Assembly: GCA_050187295.1 (NCBI GenBank)
Contig: JBFWXQ010000001.1
Location: 27,574-91,573, forward strand
Direction of reading: 5' to 3'
DNA from: Blastocatellales bacterium
Lineage (GTDB): Bacteria; Acidobacteriota; Blastocatellia; RBC074
DNA: 64,000 nucleotides
Numbering within the stretch: position 1 is the stretch's first letter; each line of letters opens with the position of its first letter. This document shows, piece after piece, positions 51,988 to 61,613 of this stretch. Both the position numbers and the translations under genes were made by a program. The notes beneath the pieces are model-generated. The model was not told the origin of the DNA, searched no databases, and saw only the letters and a program-made list of their open reading frames with translations.

Positions 51988-53763
51988 ATGCGATTGGCCG
52001 GAATAAAAATTTTGCTGCCAGCAGTCTTTTTACTATCCTTCGGCGTTTCGGCTTCCTGCTTTGCTCAAAATCAAATCCGGAAAAAAGAGGTTGCGTCGGA
52101 TGCCTTGAGCGCCGAAACGCTGAAAATTGACACTTCGCTGGTGTTGGTGGACGCTGCAGTGATCAGCAAACGCACAAGCGCAATGGTCGGGGATTTGAAG
52201 CGCGAAGATTTTCAGATTTTCGAGGATGGCAAAGTGCAGGAGATCACGCATTTCAGCAAAGAGGAATTGCCGTTATCCGTGGTGCTGTTGCTGGATGTCA
52301 GCAGCAGCGTTTTTCCAGTTATTGAGAAGATAAGGGATTCCGCTCAGGAAGCATTGGCCAAATTGAAATCCACGGATCGAGTAGCGGTGATGTTGTTTGC
52401 CAGCAGAGCCAAACTGACGGCTTCTTTGACGACGAACCGGCGGACTGTGACCAATGCGCTGGAAGATTTCTGGGAAAATGTTCGCGAAGTCGGATCAGAG
52501 GGAACAGTGATTGGGGAAGGTGTTTATGCTGCCGCTCAATATTTGCGCCGGGAGACAGCGCCTACAGAACGTCGCGCCATCATTCTGATTACAGATGACG
52601 AAGATTACGGTTATGGTAGCCCTCCACAGGGGCTGGTGTTGCGCGAACTTCACGCAGGAAACATCACGCTCAGCGCCATCCTCGTCAATCCGCGAAAGAA
52701 AAGTCGGGCGGGAATTGCCATGAGCGTCAGCACGGCGGCAATGCTGGCAGCTATCAATCCCATTTCCGGTGCAATCATGCTCGGCAGCGCCCTGTTGCTT
52801 GGCAAGAACAAAAAGCCGGCCAGCACCTCAGTCTTTTTTTCGGAAAACACCGGGGGGGTGACGGTCAACACCAAGAAAGAAGATGTCGAACGAATGTTCG
52901 TCGAGATGATGACAATGCTGAGGACTCGTTACACCTTCGGTTATCCGTTTCCCGAACAACCCGGTCAGGAGGACGACCGCCGGTTCAGAGAAATCAGGTT
53001 GAACATTCTTGACGATGTGCAAAAACAAAGAGGCGAGATGGTCGTATTGGCCAGACGTGGTTATTTCAATAATCGCAAACATCAATCGGAAACCCATTCC
53101 ACGAAGCTGGCCGGACAACAGAATGAAGTTCAGGAATCCGAACCCGCGGGTTTTCATCCGGCAGCGTCTGCCCGGCTGTCTGACAACCTTTTCGAATGGC
53201 CGACGGAAAAAGAGAACTCCGATGTGGGCGTTGAAAAAGCTCAGCAGGTTAGTACCGATTTCGGATTACCGGAACTTCACATCATCAGAAAAGTCACGCT
53301 TGGCCCAGGTTACGACTGTCGTTCCGCGGGGGAATTGAAACAAGGGTATCAGAGCGCGGCGTTGTTTCTCTCTGATTTCTCCAGGAAGAAAAACAACCCT
53401 GACCTGCTCTTCAGCGGAGCCTGCCTGTCAGAGGATTATTTTCAGGCGAGTACTGCAAATGACAATATGTCATTGATCGCTGATTTGGGAGACGTTTCGA
53501 TTGACGAGGTGACAGCTCAAAAGGCATTCAATTTCCAACAGGTTCATTCCTTCAATGCTTATTCCAGATTCGCCAGAGCCATTAAAGTAGAATTTAATCA
53601 CACTTATGTAGTGTTGCTGAACGAAAGCTCCAGGCGCGCTTTGTTTGTCTTGAGAGTCGTCGGCTATCTGCCGAATGAACGCGTGGATTTGCTTTATGCC
53701 GTCAAACACTACCAGATTCTCAATGTCAGAAGCGGCGCTGAGGGATTCGACTGGAGGCGATAA
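51988..53763 (+). CDS. Secreted VWA-domain protein of the Acidobacteria-type (TIGR03436-like)
   Basis: Signal peptide. 'LSVVLLLDVSSSV' (DxSxS MIDAS) with an N-terminal 'DLKREDFQIFEDGKVQEITHF' beta-sandwich, typical of the VWFA-related Acidobacterial domain. GAGGGAG RBS. Confidence 0.6.
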   Translation: MRLAGIKILLPAVFLLSFGVSASCFAQNQIRKKEVASDALSAETLKIDTSLVLVDAAVISKRTSAMVGDLKREDFQIFEDGKVQEITHFSKEELPLSVVLLLDVSSSVFPVIEKIRDSAQEALAKLKSTDRVAVMLFASRAKLTASLTTNRRTVTNALEDFWENVREVGSEGTVIGEGVYAAAQYLRRETAPTERRAIILITDDEDYGYGSPPQGLVLRELHAGNITLSAILVNPRKKSRAGIAMSVSTAAMLAAINPISGAIMLGSALLLGKNKKPASTSVFFSENTGGVTVNTKKEDVERMFVEMMTMLRTRYTFGYPFPEQPGQEDDRRFREIRLNILDDVQKQRGEMVVLARRGYFNNRKHQSETHSTKLAGQQNEVQESEPAGFHPAASARLSDNLFEWPTEKENSDVGVEKAQQVSTDFGLPELHIIRKVTLGPGYDCRSAGELKQGYQSAALFLSDFSRKKNNPDLLFSGACLSEDYFQASTANDNMSLIADLGDVSIDEVTAQKAFNFQQVHSFNAYSRFARAIKVEFNHTYVVLLNESSRRALFVLRVVGYLPNERVDLLYAVKHYQILNVRSGAEGFDWRR

Positions 53764-53930
53764 AACGATCGGCCACCCAATGGAGTGTCTTGAACTGCGC
53801 GTAAGCGCAGAACCTGAATAGTTTCTCGATTCGTAACCTGATTGTGGTTGGTATCGTATTACCCCTTGCAGGCAATTCTTCCTGTAACTCACGCGGAAAG
53901 TTTCAACTCAACTAATTGGAGGTTTCAGTC

Positions 53931-56360
53931 ATGAACCGTAACCTGCGTAAGCTTGCGTTTTACGTTTTGACACTAGCCCTGCTTGTTCCGAGCTTCAATC
54001 TTCAGGCACAGACGCCTTATCAAAAGCCGCCTAAAGCAATTATGGATGTGCTGGATGCGCCGGCATCGCCGTTTGTTTCCGTCAGCCCATCGCATAATCG
54101 CATGCTGCTGATGCAATCGAACAGGTATCCGTCAATAGCCGAATTGTCTGAGCCGATGTTGCGACTGGCGGGGCTTCGCATTAATCCGAAGACCAACGCC
54201 AGGCATATGGCCGGGCGAATCGTCGGTTTGACCTTGAAGGCCATTCCAGACGGCAAGGAGACGAAAATCATTCTTCCGCCAAATGCCAGCCTGAATCCGC
54301 CTTTGTGGTCGCCTGACGGTGAGCAATTCGCCGTCACCAACGTTACGCCATCGGGCGTTGAGTTATGGATTGCCAGTGCGGCAACAGGGAAGCTCAGGAA
54401 AATTCCTGCGGTCAAGATCAATGCAGCATATGGCGAGGCAGTGCAATGGATGCCAGACAGCAAAACATTGCTGGTGCAGACAATTCCTGTCGGGCGGGGA
54501 TCCGCTCCAGTTGCCTCTGAAGTCCCCATCGGCCCGAATGTTCAGGAAAATTACGGCAAAGCGGCTCCGGCAGTGACTTATCAGGATTTATTGAAGAACC
54601 CGCACGACGAAAAACTTTTCGATTATTACGCAACGTCACAACTGGCTTTCGTTAATTCGGTCAACAGCCGTGTGACGCAACTTGGCAAACCTGCAGTTTA
54701 CGCCGGAGTTGATGTCGCGCCGGACGGCAATCATCTGCTGCTTACCATCAATCACAAACCTTATTCTTACTCGCTGACGGCCGGATCGTTTCCGCGTGAA
54801 GTCGAAATCTGGGATCGCAGCGGCAAACTGATTCATAAGGTCGCCAGTTTACCTTTGCAGGATCAGGTTCCGATTGAAGGGGTTCCGACCGGCCCGCGCA
54901 ACATCAACTGGCGTCCGACGGAACCGGCGACGCTGGTCTGGGTCGAAGCCCTGGATGGTGGTGACACTAAAAAGAAAGCCGATCTGCGAGACGTGGTGAA
55001 AATGCTCAAGGCTCCGTTCAACGGACAGCCGGTAGAACTGATTAGAACTCAGCATCGCTTCGCCGGATTGACCTGGGGAGAAAAAAACGGGTTGGTCATG
55101 GCTCGCGACCTGGATCGTAACACTCGCCGAAGTCGTACTTTCATGCTCAACGCCGACAATCCCTCGCAAGCTCCAAAGCTGATCTGGGACCTTTCAATTC
55201 AGGATCGTTACAACAATCCAGGCTCGCCGGAAATGAAGCGTTTGCCGAACGGGCAACAGGTCATGTTGCAAAGCGGCGACAACATTTTTCTGACCGGGCA
55301 GGGCGCAAGTCCCAAAGGCGACAGGCCGTTTCTGGATCGCTTTAACCTGACGACGCTGAAATCCGAAAGGATTTTCCGTTGCGACGAAAACAGCTATGAG
55401 AGCGTTGTTGAGCTGCTTTCCGGCGACGGATCGAAATTTATCACGCGTTACGAAACACAGACCACTCCGCCGAATTATTACATCCGCACAGCCAATGGCG
55501 GCGACAAGGTTGCGCTGACTAATTTCCCTGACCCGACTCCGCAACTGCGCGGGATAAAAAAACAACTCGTCCGTTACAAACGCAAAGACGGAGTTGACCT
55601 TTCCTTCACGCTTTATCTGCCGCCGGATTACAAGGAGGGGACGCGTCTGCCGACCGTCGTCTGGGCTTATCCGCGCGAATTTGGAGACGCCAGCGTCGCC
55701 GGACAGGTCAGCGGTTCGACAAATCGTTTCACAACCATTGGCGGAATTTCTCATCTCTTCTTCCTGCTGCAGGGGTACGCAATTCTGGACGACGCGACAA
55801 TGCCTGTTATTGGCGATCCTGAAACGATGAACAACACATACGTCGAACAAATCGTCGCCAGCGCCGAGGCTGCCATCAACAAGGCGGTTGAAATGGGAGT
55901 CACAGACCGCGACCGTGTTGGCGTGGGGGGCCACAGTTACGGAGCCTTTATGACTGCCAACTTGCTGGCACATTCCGATTTGTTCAGAGCCGGAATTGCT
56001 CGCAGTGGAGCTTACAACCGCACGCTGACTCCGTTCGGTTTTCAGAGCGAGCGTCGTACTTTTTGGGAAGCGCCGGATATGTATTTCAAGGTTTCACCGT
56101 TTATGTACGCTCAGAAGATCAAGGAACCCATCCTGCTGATTCACGGTGAAGCCGACAACAACACCGGCACACATCCGATTCAGAGCGACCGTATGTTCCA
56201 GGCCATCAAAGGTAACGGCGGCAACGTTCGTTATGTCACCTTGCCCAACGAATCGCATGGCTATTCGGCTCGCGAATCAATCGAGCATACTTTGTGGGAA
56301 ATGGTTACCTGGTTCGAAAAATACGTGAAAGGCGCGCCACCAGCGACGGCCTCAAGATGA
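53931..56360 (+). CDS. Secreted S9-family serine peptidase (prolyl oligopeptidase/acylaminoacyl-peptidase-like) with an N-terminal beta-propeller
   Basis: 'GVGGHSYGAFMTANLL' (GxSxG nucleophile), 'HGEADNNTG' (Asp) and 'ESHGY' (His). Start at MNRNLRK (ATG 53931) after a GGAGG RBS; the ORF track used TTG at 53916. Confidence 0.8.
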   Translation: MNRNLRKLAFYVLTLALLVPSFNLQAQTPYQKPPKAIMDVLDAPASPFVSVSPSHNRMLLMQSNRYPSIAELSEPMLRLAGLRINPKTNARHMAGRIVGLTLKAIPDGKETKIILPPNASLNPPLWSPDGEQFAVTNVTPSGVELWIASAATGKLRKIPAVKINAAYGEAVQWMPDSKTLLVQTIPVGRGSAPVASEVPIGPNVQENYGKAAPAVTYQDLLKNPHDEKLFDYYATSQLAFVNSVNSRVTQLGKPAVYAGVDVAPDGNHLLLTINHKPYSYSLTAGSFPREVEIWDRSGKLIHKVASLPLQDQVPIEGVPTGPRNINWRPTEPATLVWVEALDGGDTKKKADLRDVVKMLKAPFNGQPVELIRTQHRFAGLTWGEKNGLVMARDLDRNTRRSRTFMLNADNPSQAPKLIWDLSIQDRYNNPGSPEMKRLPNGQQVMLQSGDNIFLTGQGASPKGDRPFLDRFNLTTLKSERIFRCDENSYESVVELLSGDGSKFITRYETQTTPPNYYIRTANGGDKVALTNFPDPTPQLRGIKKQLVRYKRKDGVDLSFTLYLPPDYKEGTRLPTVVWAYPREFGDASVAGQVSGSTNRFTTIGGISHLFFLLQGYAILDDATMPVIGDPETMNNTYVEQIVASAEAAINKAVEMGVTDRDRVGVGGHSYGAFMTANLLAHSDLFRAGIARSGAYNRTLTPFGFQSERRTFWEAPDMYFKVSPFMYAQKIKEPILLIHGEADNNTGTHPIQSDRMFQAIKGNGGNVRYVTLPNESHGYSARESIEHTLWEMVTWFEKYVKGAPPATASR

Positions 56361-56407
56361 TTATCTGAAGCCAGTCTGCGGGTTATTTTGAAAACAAGGA
56401 GAACTTT

Positions 56408-56956
56408 ATGAAACGCTATATGGCAATCGCTCTGGTCTTGATCTTTATGATTATGGCAGCCACGAATGTGTTGGCTCAGCAATCGGCAAGCGCCGCTTCG
56501 CAGAATTCCAACCCATTCATTGGCGAACTCAAGCAGATGTACATCGGCGTCAAAAACAACCTGAGCAAGATGGCCGAAAAAATGCCTGAGGAGCATTACA
56601 AGTTCAAGGCGACTGAAGATGTTCGCACCTTTGGACAGCTGATCGGACATGTTGCAGATTCTCAGGCTCGCGCCTGTTCGGCTGCCAACGGTGAACAAAA
56701 GTCTGTTGATGCTGCATCGAAGACAACAAAAGCTGATCTAATCGCTGCGTTGAAAGAGTCCTTCGCCATTTGCGATAAGGCTTTCGACTCGCTGACCGAC
56801 GCCAAAGCCGGTCAAATGATCCAGGTGGGGCAACGCCAGCGCTCATTGCTGGGAATCTTGACCGGAACGATCTCGCATTCAAATGAAGAGTACGGTTACA
56901 TGGCCGTTTACATGCGATTGAAAGGTGTAGTTCCACCTTCAAGCGAAAGGCGTTAA
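56408..56956 (+). CDS. Secreted DinB_2/DinB-YfiT-like four-helix-bundle protein
   Basis: Signal peptide. 'RTFGQLIGHVADS' and 'HSNEEYGYM' His motifs. Confidence 0.55.
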   Translation: MKRYMAIALVLIFMIMAATNVLAQQSASAASQNSNPFIGELKQMYIGVKNNLSKMAEKMPEEHYKFKATEDVRTFGQLIGHVADSQARACSAANGEQKSVDAASKTTKADLIAALKESFAICDKAFDSLTDAKAGQMIQVGQRQRSLLGILTGTISHSNEEYGYMAVYMRLKGVVPPSSERR

Positions 56957-56990
56957 TCGTCCAAGGCGCTTACTGTTGTCCGAAAATAAA

Positions 56991-57033
56991 CGGGCGGAGA
57001 AACTATCAATCGTTTCTCCGCCCGGCTTTTTTG
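56991..57033. terminator. Bidirectional rho-independent terminator
   Basis: CGGGCGGAGAAAC (56991-57003), 8-nt loop, GTTTCTCCGCCCG (57012-57024), then GCTTTTTTG. Confidence 0.6.
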
Positions 57034-57057
57034 AAACGGCTGAACCCAACAATGGGG

Positions 57058-58674
57058 TTACAGTGTCCATCCTTTGCGATATTCGCGTTGCAAATATTGG
57101 TTGGCGTCTGAATTGTTGGTGATGACACCTTTTTCTCCGTCGTAGTAAATCTTCTTGCTTTGGCCGGTCTTCATCGCCACTACGCCGAGCAGCATGGTTT
57201 CGGTCAGTCGCGAAGCATACTCGAACGGACAAGTGGCTTTCTCCTTGCCCTTGATCGCGTTGATCCAGTTCATGCGGTGTTTTGCCGAAGCAAACTGGCC
57301 TTCACCGGACTTTTCAACGCGGAAATAAGTTTTGGGCACTTTGGCTGCGACATCGTGCAGCGATTGCGGATACAGCTTCGGATTCGATGCATATGTGGCG
57401 TGAACCAGAATTCCTTTTTCGCCGATGAAGATTACTCCGCCGCCGGGATCGAGTTGAACGTCGTCTGGCAGGATATCCGGACGCGCAGGCATCAGGCCGC
57501 CGTCGAACCAGGTCAGTTTGACGGGCGGTTGTTTACCGCGTGCGGGGAAGTGGTAAACGACGTGCGAACCCATCGGATAGGAAACTCTGTTGTTTTTGAT
57601 GTCGGTTCCCCAGGGAGTAAAAGTGGCCTCGACGCTGGTTGGATAAGTCAGCCCCAGCGCCCAATACGGATGGTCAATCAAGTGCGCGGCCATGTCGCCG
57701 ATTGCGCCGGTTCCCCAATCCAACCATCCACGCCAATTGAACGGATGATAAATCGGGTGATAGGCGACTTCCGGCCCGGGTCCCAGGAATAAGTCCCAAT
57801 CCAAATCTTTAGGAACCGGATAATCGCCGTCCATTGCCGACGCCAGCGCGCGATTGACCACGCGAGCAGTCCAATCGGTCCCGAAGTTATTACCTCCTTC
57901 AGCATTGGCGGCGGAAGGAACTTTGGCAGGACGCGGAACGCCCTGTGGCCAATAACCAAGCGGACGATTTGTCCAGACGTTTACTTCTTTGACTTGTCCG
58001 ATGACACCCGCTTGCACCCATTCGTTGACAAGCGCTGCGCCTTCGCTGGAATGTCCCATGTTGCCCATCTGAGTAACGGCTTTGGTTCGGGCGGCGGTTT
58101 CGCGCAGGACGCGGGCTTCGTGGATTGACCAGGTCAGTGGTTTTTCAATGTAGGCATGTTTGCCGAGTTCCATCGCCGTTTTGCCTATGATCGCATGAGT
58201 GTGATCCGGTGTGGCGACGACAATGGCGTCAATGTCTTTCTGTGTTTCCAGCATTTTGCGGAAATCGGAGTAGCGCTTGGCGTTTTTGTATGCTTCCTGA
58301 AGCTTGACGGCCTGAGCGCGGCGTTCTTCAGCAGCTTTTTGCATCGCAGCCATTTGCGCTTCGCTCATTTGCTGACCGCCGGGACGGCCACCGCCCCCAC
58401 CCGGTCTGCGCTCTCTGGTCAGATTGGCCACTTCACGGTCAACATAACCAAAATCCACATCGCAAAGCGCAACCATATTTTGACCGCCGGCTACAAGTTC
58501 TCCGGAGTCGGTTTTACCCTGACCGCCGCAACCGATCAGCGCAAAGTTGACAGTATCGCTGGGCGGGTTATAACCCACTCCGCCAAGCACGTGTCGCGGC
58601 ACAATCATCGCTCCCAATGAGACCCCAGCCGTAGACGCGACAAATTTCCGTCTGCTGATTTTGTCTTTTTTCAT
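57058..58674 (-). CDS. Tat-exported Gfo/Idh/MocA-family oxidoreductase
   Basis: Twin-arginine 'SRRKFVAST'. Rossmann '[10 protein letters not shown]'. Gly/Pro-rich insert '[12 protein letters not shown]'. 538 aa. Confidence 0.8.
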   Translation of the reverse strand: MKKDKISRRKFVASTAGVSLGAMIVPRHVLGGVGYNPPSDTVNFALIGCGGQGKTDSGELVAGGQNMVALCDVDFGYVDREVANLTRERRPGGGGGRPGGQQMSEAQMAAMQKAAEERRAQAVKLQEAYKNAKRYSDFRKMLETQKDIDAIVVATPDHTHAIIGKTAMELGKHAYIEKPLTWSIHEARVLRETAARTKAVTQMGNMGHSSEGAALVNEWVQAGVIGQVKEVNVWTNRPLGYWPQGVPRPAKVPSAANAEGGNNFGTDWTARVVNRALASAMDGDYPVPKDLDWDLFLGPGPEVAYHPIYHPFNWRGWLDWGTGAIGDMAAHLIDHPYWALGLTYPTSVEATFTPWGTDIKNNRVSYPMGSHVVYHFPARGKQPPVKLTWFDGGLMPARPDILPDDVQLDPGGGVIFIGEKGILVHATYASNPKLYPQSLHDVAAKVPKTYFRVEKSGEGQFASAKHRMNWINAIKGKEKATCPFEYASRLTETMLLGVVAMKTGQSKKIYYDGEKGVITNNSDANQYLQREYRKGWTL

Positions 58675-58841
58675 AGCTGTTGTTTAGTTCCTTTCGAGTT
58701 TGAGGGTTTAATTCCGATGCACGGCGGGCAGGGGAGCCTGCCGAGAGTTTCCAGCACTTCATTTGAATCGCCTGTAAAGACGTTGGACTGACCAATTTAG
58801 TTTCAAGCCGACGCCTCTTTTGGCGGGATGTTGTAAAGGTT

Positions 58842-60248
58842 TCAAACTTTGATGTTGTAAACCTTGATCTTGCTGTTCAGCGTGGTGTTGTTCATGCCCA
58901 GCAGCTTGGCCGCGCGGCTCTGATGTCCGCCGGTAATTTCCAGTGCGCGGCGAATCAATTCGATTTCAAAACGGGATACTTCGTCATAAAAAGATATGCC
59001 GTGGGCGATGTCCAAACCGGCTGCCGAATCGCTCAGATTTGATTGAGACCCATTCGCAGATTGCGGACTGATGATCTCTTGGCGAAGACATTCAGTTGTC
59101 AATTCGTCGTTTCGGGCAATTATTACGGCTCGCTCAATGGCGGTTTCCAGTTCACGGACATTACCCGGCCACGGATAATCTTCCAGCGTCTTCAGAATTT
59201 CGGGCGATATTTGTTCGGAGATTGAACGGCCGTTTTCCTCGTTGTATTTACGAATGAAGTGTTGCGCCAGCGGTAAAATGTCTTCTTTCCTGTTCCTGAG
59301 CGGGGGCAGATGGATATTGATGACGTTCAGGCGGTAATACAAGTCTTCGCGGAAATCTCCTGATTTCACGGCTCGCTGCAAATCAGTATTTGTTGCGGCG
59401 ATGATTCGGGTATCAACCTTGCGCGGTTGCGTGTCGCCAAGCGGAGTGAACTCGCGCTCCTGAATCACGCGCAACAATCGCGCCTGAGTTTCAGGCGGAA
59501 TCGTGCTGATTTCGTCCAGGAAGATCGAGCCTCCGTCGGCGGCTTCAAACAAACCTTTTTTGGCGGCAATGGCTCCGGTAAATGCTCCCTTGGTGTGACC
59601 GAACAATTCTGATTCCAATAATTCGGATGGGATGTTGCTGCAGTTTACGGCGACGAATTGCCCCGATTCGGCACGCGGACTGGAAAAATGAATGGTGCGA
59701 GCGACGATTTCTTTGCCTGTCCCAGATTCGCCTGTAATCAAGACCGTCGATCGCGCGGGCGCAACCTGCTCTATCAAATCATATACTTCACGCATGGCGG
59801 TTGAAGTGCCGACGATGCGTTTGCGATCCCCGGACGTTTTCAAGGCACGACGCAGGACTCGGCGTTCTTCATCACCACGACGGCGGGAAATACCTGCCGC
59901 CACGGTTTTCAGAATCTGTTCGTTCTCGAACGGTTTGCGGATGCAGTTGAAAGCGCCGAGTTGCCAGGCTGCAATTGCAGTGTCGAATGTGGCGTAGGCA
60001 GTAATCATGATGACCACCGCTTCACGATCAAGTTTGAGCAACTCTTCCAGCGTCCTCAATCCGCCGATGCCGGGCATGGAAACGTCCAGCAAAACCACGT
60101 CATATGATCGTTCGCCAAAGCGCGCCAGACCTTCCTCTCCTGTTTTCGCCAAATCAACGCGATAGCCATCTTGCGCCAGCAGGCTTTCAAGCACGTCGCG
60201 CATGACTTCTTCGTCGTCAACAATTAGTACGTTGCCTTTCTTTGCCAT
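58842..60248 (-). CDS. Sigma-54-dependent response regulator (NtrC/Fis family)
   Basis: Receiver 'VLIVDDE…DVVLLDVSMPG'. AAA+ 'GESGTGKE' and 'GAFTGA'. C-terminal HTH. No adjacent histidine kinase. Confidence 0.85.
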   Translation of the reverse strand: MAKKGNVLIVDDEEVMRDVLESLLAQDGYRVDLAKTGEEGLARFGERSYDVVLLDVSMPGIGGLRTLEELLKLDREAVVIMITAYATFDTAIAAWQLGAFNCIRKPFENEQILKTVAAGISRRRGDEERRVLRRALKTSGDRKRIVGTSTAMREVYDLIEQVAPARSTVLITGESGTGKEIVARTIHFSSPRAESGQFVAVNCSNIPSELLESELFGHTKGAFTGAIAAKKGLFEAADGGSIFLDEISTIPPETQARLLRVIQEREFTPLGDTQPRKVDTRIIAATNTDLQRAVKSGDFREDLYYRLNVINIHLPPLRNRKEDILPLAQHFIRKYNEENGRSISEQISPEILKTLEDYPWPGNVRELETAIERAVIIARNDELTTECLRQEIISPQSANGSQSNLSDSAAGLDIAHGISFYDEVSRFEIELIRRALEITGGHQSRAAKLLGMNNTTLNSKIKVYNIKV

Positions 60249-60404
60249 ATTCTCCGTGTATGATTTTTAGGTTTGATTGAATTCGGATTATCAAGCATTG
60301 CTGACTGTGTGACAAGTTTTGCCTTTTGTTAAACGGCTAATTACCATCTGGTTTGCCAGTGTTCGGACTCAAACCGGTTTCAACTCATTATCAAGATTAC
60401 CAAC

Positions 60405-61613
60405 ATGACGAAAAAACTTTATTGGGAAGATTCGCATTTGTCGGCGTTCAACGCGCGTGTTGTTGATTCACGAATGCACGGTGACCACGGAATAATCGTG
60501 CTGGATCAAACAGCTTTTTATCCCGAAGGCGGCGGCCAACCCTGCGACAAGGGGTTGATAAATTCACTCCCGGTCTTTGATGTGCAAACGGCAGATGATG
60601 GAAGAATTCTGCATCACGTTGAAGGCAATCATTTGCCCGCAATTGGCGAACAGGCGGCTTGTGAAATTGATTGGTCGCGTCGCCGCGAAATGATGCAGCA
60701 GCACACAGGCCAACACATTCTGTCGCAGGCCTTCTTTCAGCTTTTTGGAGCTGAAACTCGCGGCTTCCGCATCAACGACAGAGTGACCGAAATTGACCTG
60801 ACGCTTGAACTTCAACCGGAAGAGATTGATCAGGCGATAGCTCGCGCCGAAGAATTATCCGCCAGCATCATTTTTGATGATCGCGAGATTCGCCTTCACG
60901 AGGTCCCGCCTGAAGAAGCCTTGAAGCTTCCGTTGCGCAAGGAGAGCTTTATCACGGATTGCATTCGAGTGGTTGAAATTGCCGATTATGATTGGTCGCC
61001 GTGCGGAGGCACCCACGCAAAACGAACAGGCGAAGTCGGGCTGATTACCGTCCGAGCCTGGGAGCGCGCAAAGAAAATGACTCGCGTTCATTTTGTTGCC
61101 GGAATTCGTGCGTTGCGCGATTACCGTACGGCAAATAAAGTTGCCGATGCCATTGCCTTGAAGTTCAGCGTTGGACGTGAAGAAGCCGAGGCTTCTGTCA
61201 AAAGGTTGATTGACGATAATAAACGTTTGTCGCGAAGAGTGCGCGAACTGGCTGAAATTGCCGCCAGGACTGAAGCCGCTGAAATTCTGGAATCAATGCC
61301 GACGGTTGATGGACTTCGGTTGGTCAGGCAAGTTTTCAGCGACCGGGATTTTGAGGAAGTGAAGCTGCTGGCTCATCGCCTGGTTGATGTTGAAGGAGTC
61401 GTGGCTCTGTTATCAGTGCGCGAACCTGAGATGGTCAGATTGGTTTTTGCGCGTTCGGCCAATGTTCAGATAGACATGAATGATCTGATGAAAACCGCCT
61501 GCGAAAAGCTTGGCGGACGTGGAGGCGGTAAGCCGGATTTCGCTCAGGGCGGCGGCGCAAATGTGAATGATCTGGAAACAGCCATTGATGCTGCGAAAGC
61601 CAAGATCATTTAA
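60405..61613 (+). CDS. alaX: Alanyl-tRNA editing protein AlaX-L (tRNA_SAD plus DHHA1-like)
   Basis: 'HTGQHILSQA' (HxxxH) and 'CGGTH' zinc motifs of the AlaRS editing domain. C-terminal 'GGRGGGKPDFAQGGG'. Confidence 0.7.
   Translation: MTKKLYWEDSHLSAFNARVVDSRMHGDHGIIVLDQTAFYPEGGGQPCDKGLINSLPVFDVQTADDGRILHHVEGNHLPAIGEQAACEIDWSRRREMMQQHTGQHILSQAFFQLFGAETRGFRINDRVTEIDLTLELQPEEIDQAIARAEELSASIIFDDREIRLHEVPPEEALKLPLRKESFITDCIRVVEIADYDWSPCGGTHAKRTGEVGLITVRAWERAKKMTRVHFVAGIRALRDYRTANKVADAIALKFSVGREEAEASVKRLIDDNKRLSRRVRELAEIAARTEAAEILESMPTVDGLRLVRQVFSDRDFEEVKLLAHRLVDVEGVVALLSVREPEMVRLVFARSANVQIDMNDLMKTACEKLGGRGGGKPDFAQGGGANVNDLETAIDAAKAKII

Noticed and set aside
58675-58841. Search for a sigma-54 (−24 GG/−12 GC) promoter between the sigma-54 response regulator and the downstream Gfo/Idh/MocA gene
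   Set aside because: No convincing TGGCAC-N5-TTGC match was found by eye, so it is not reported as a feature.
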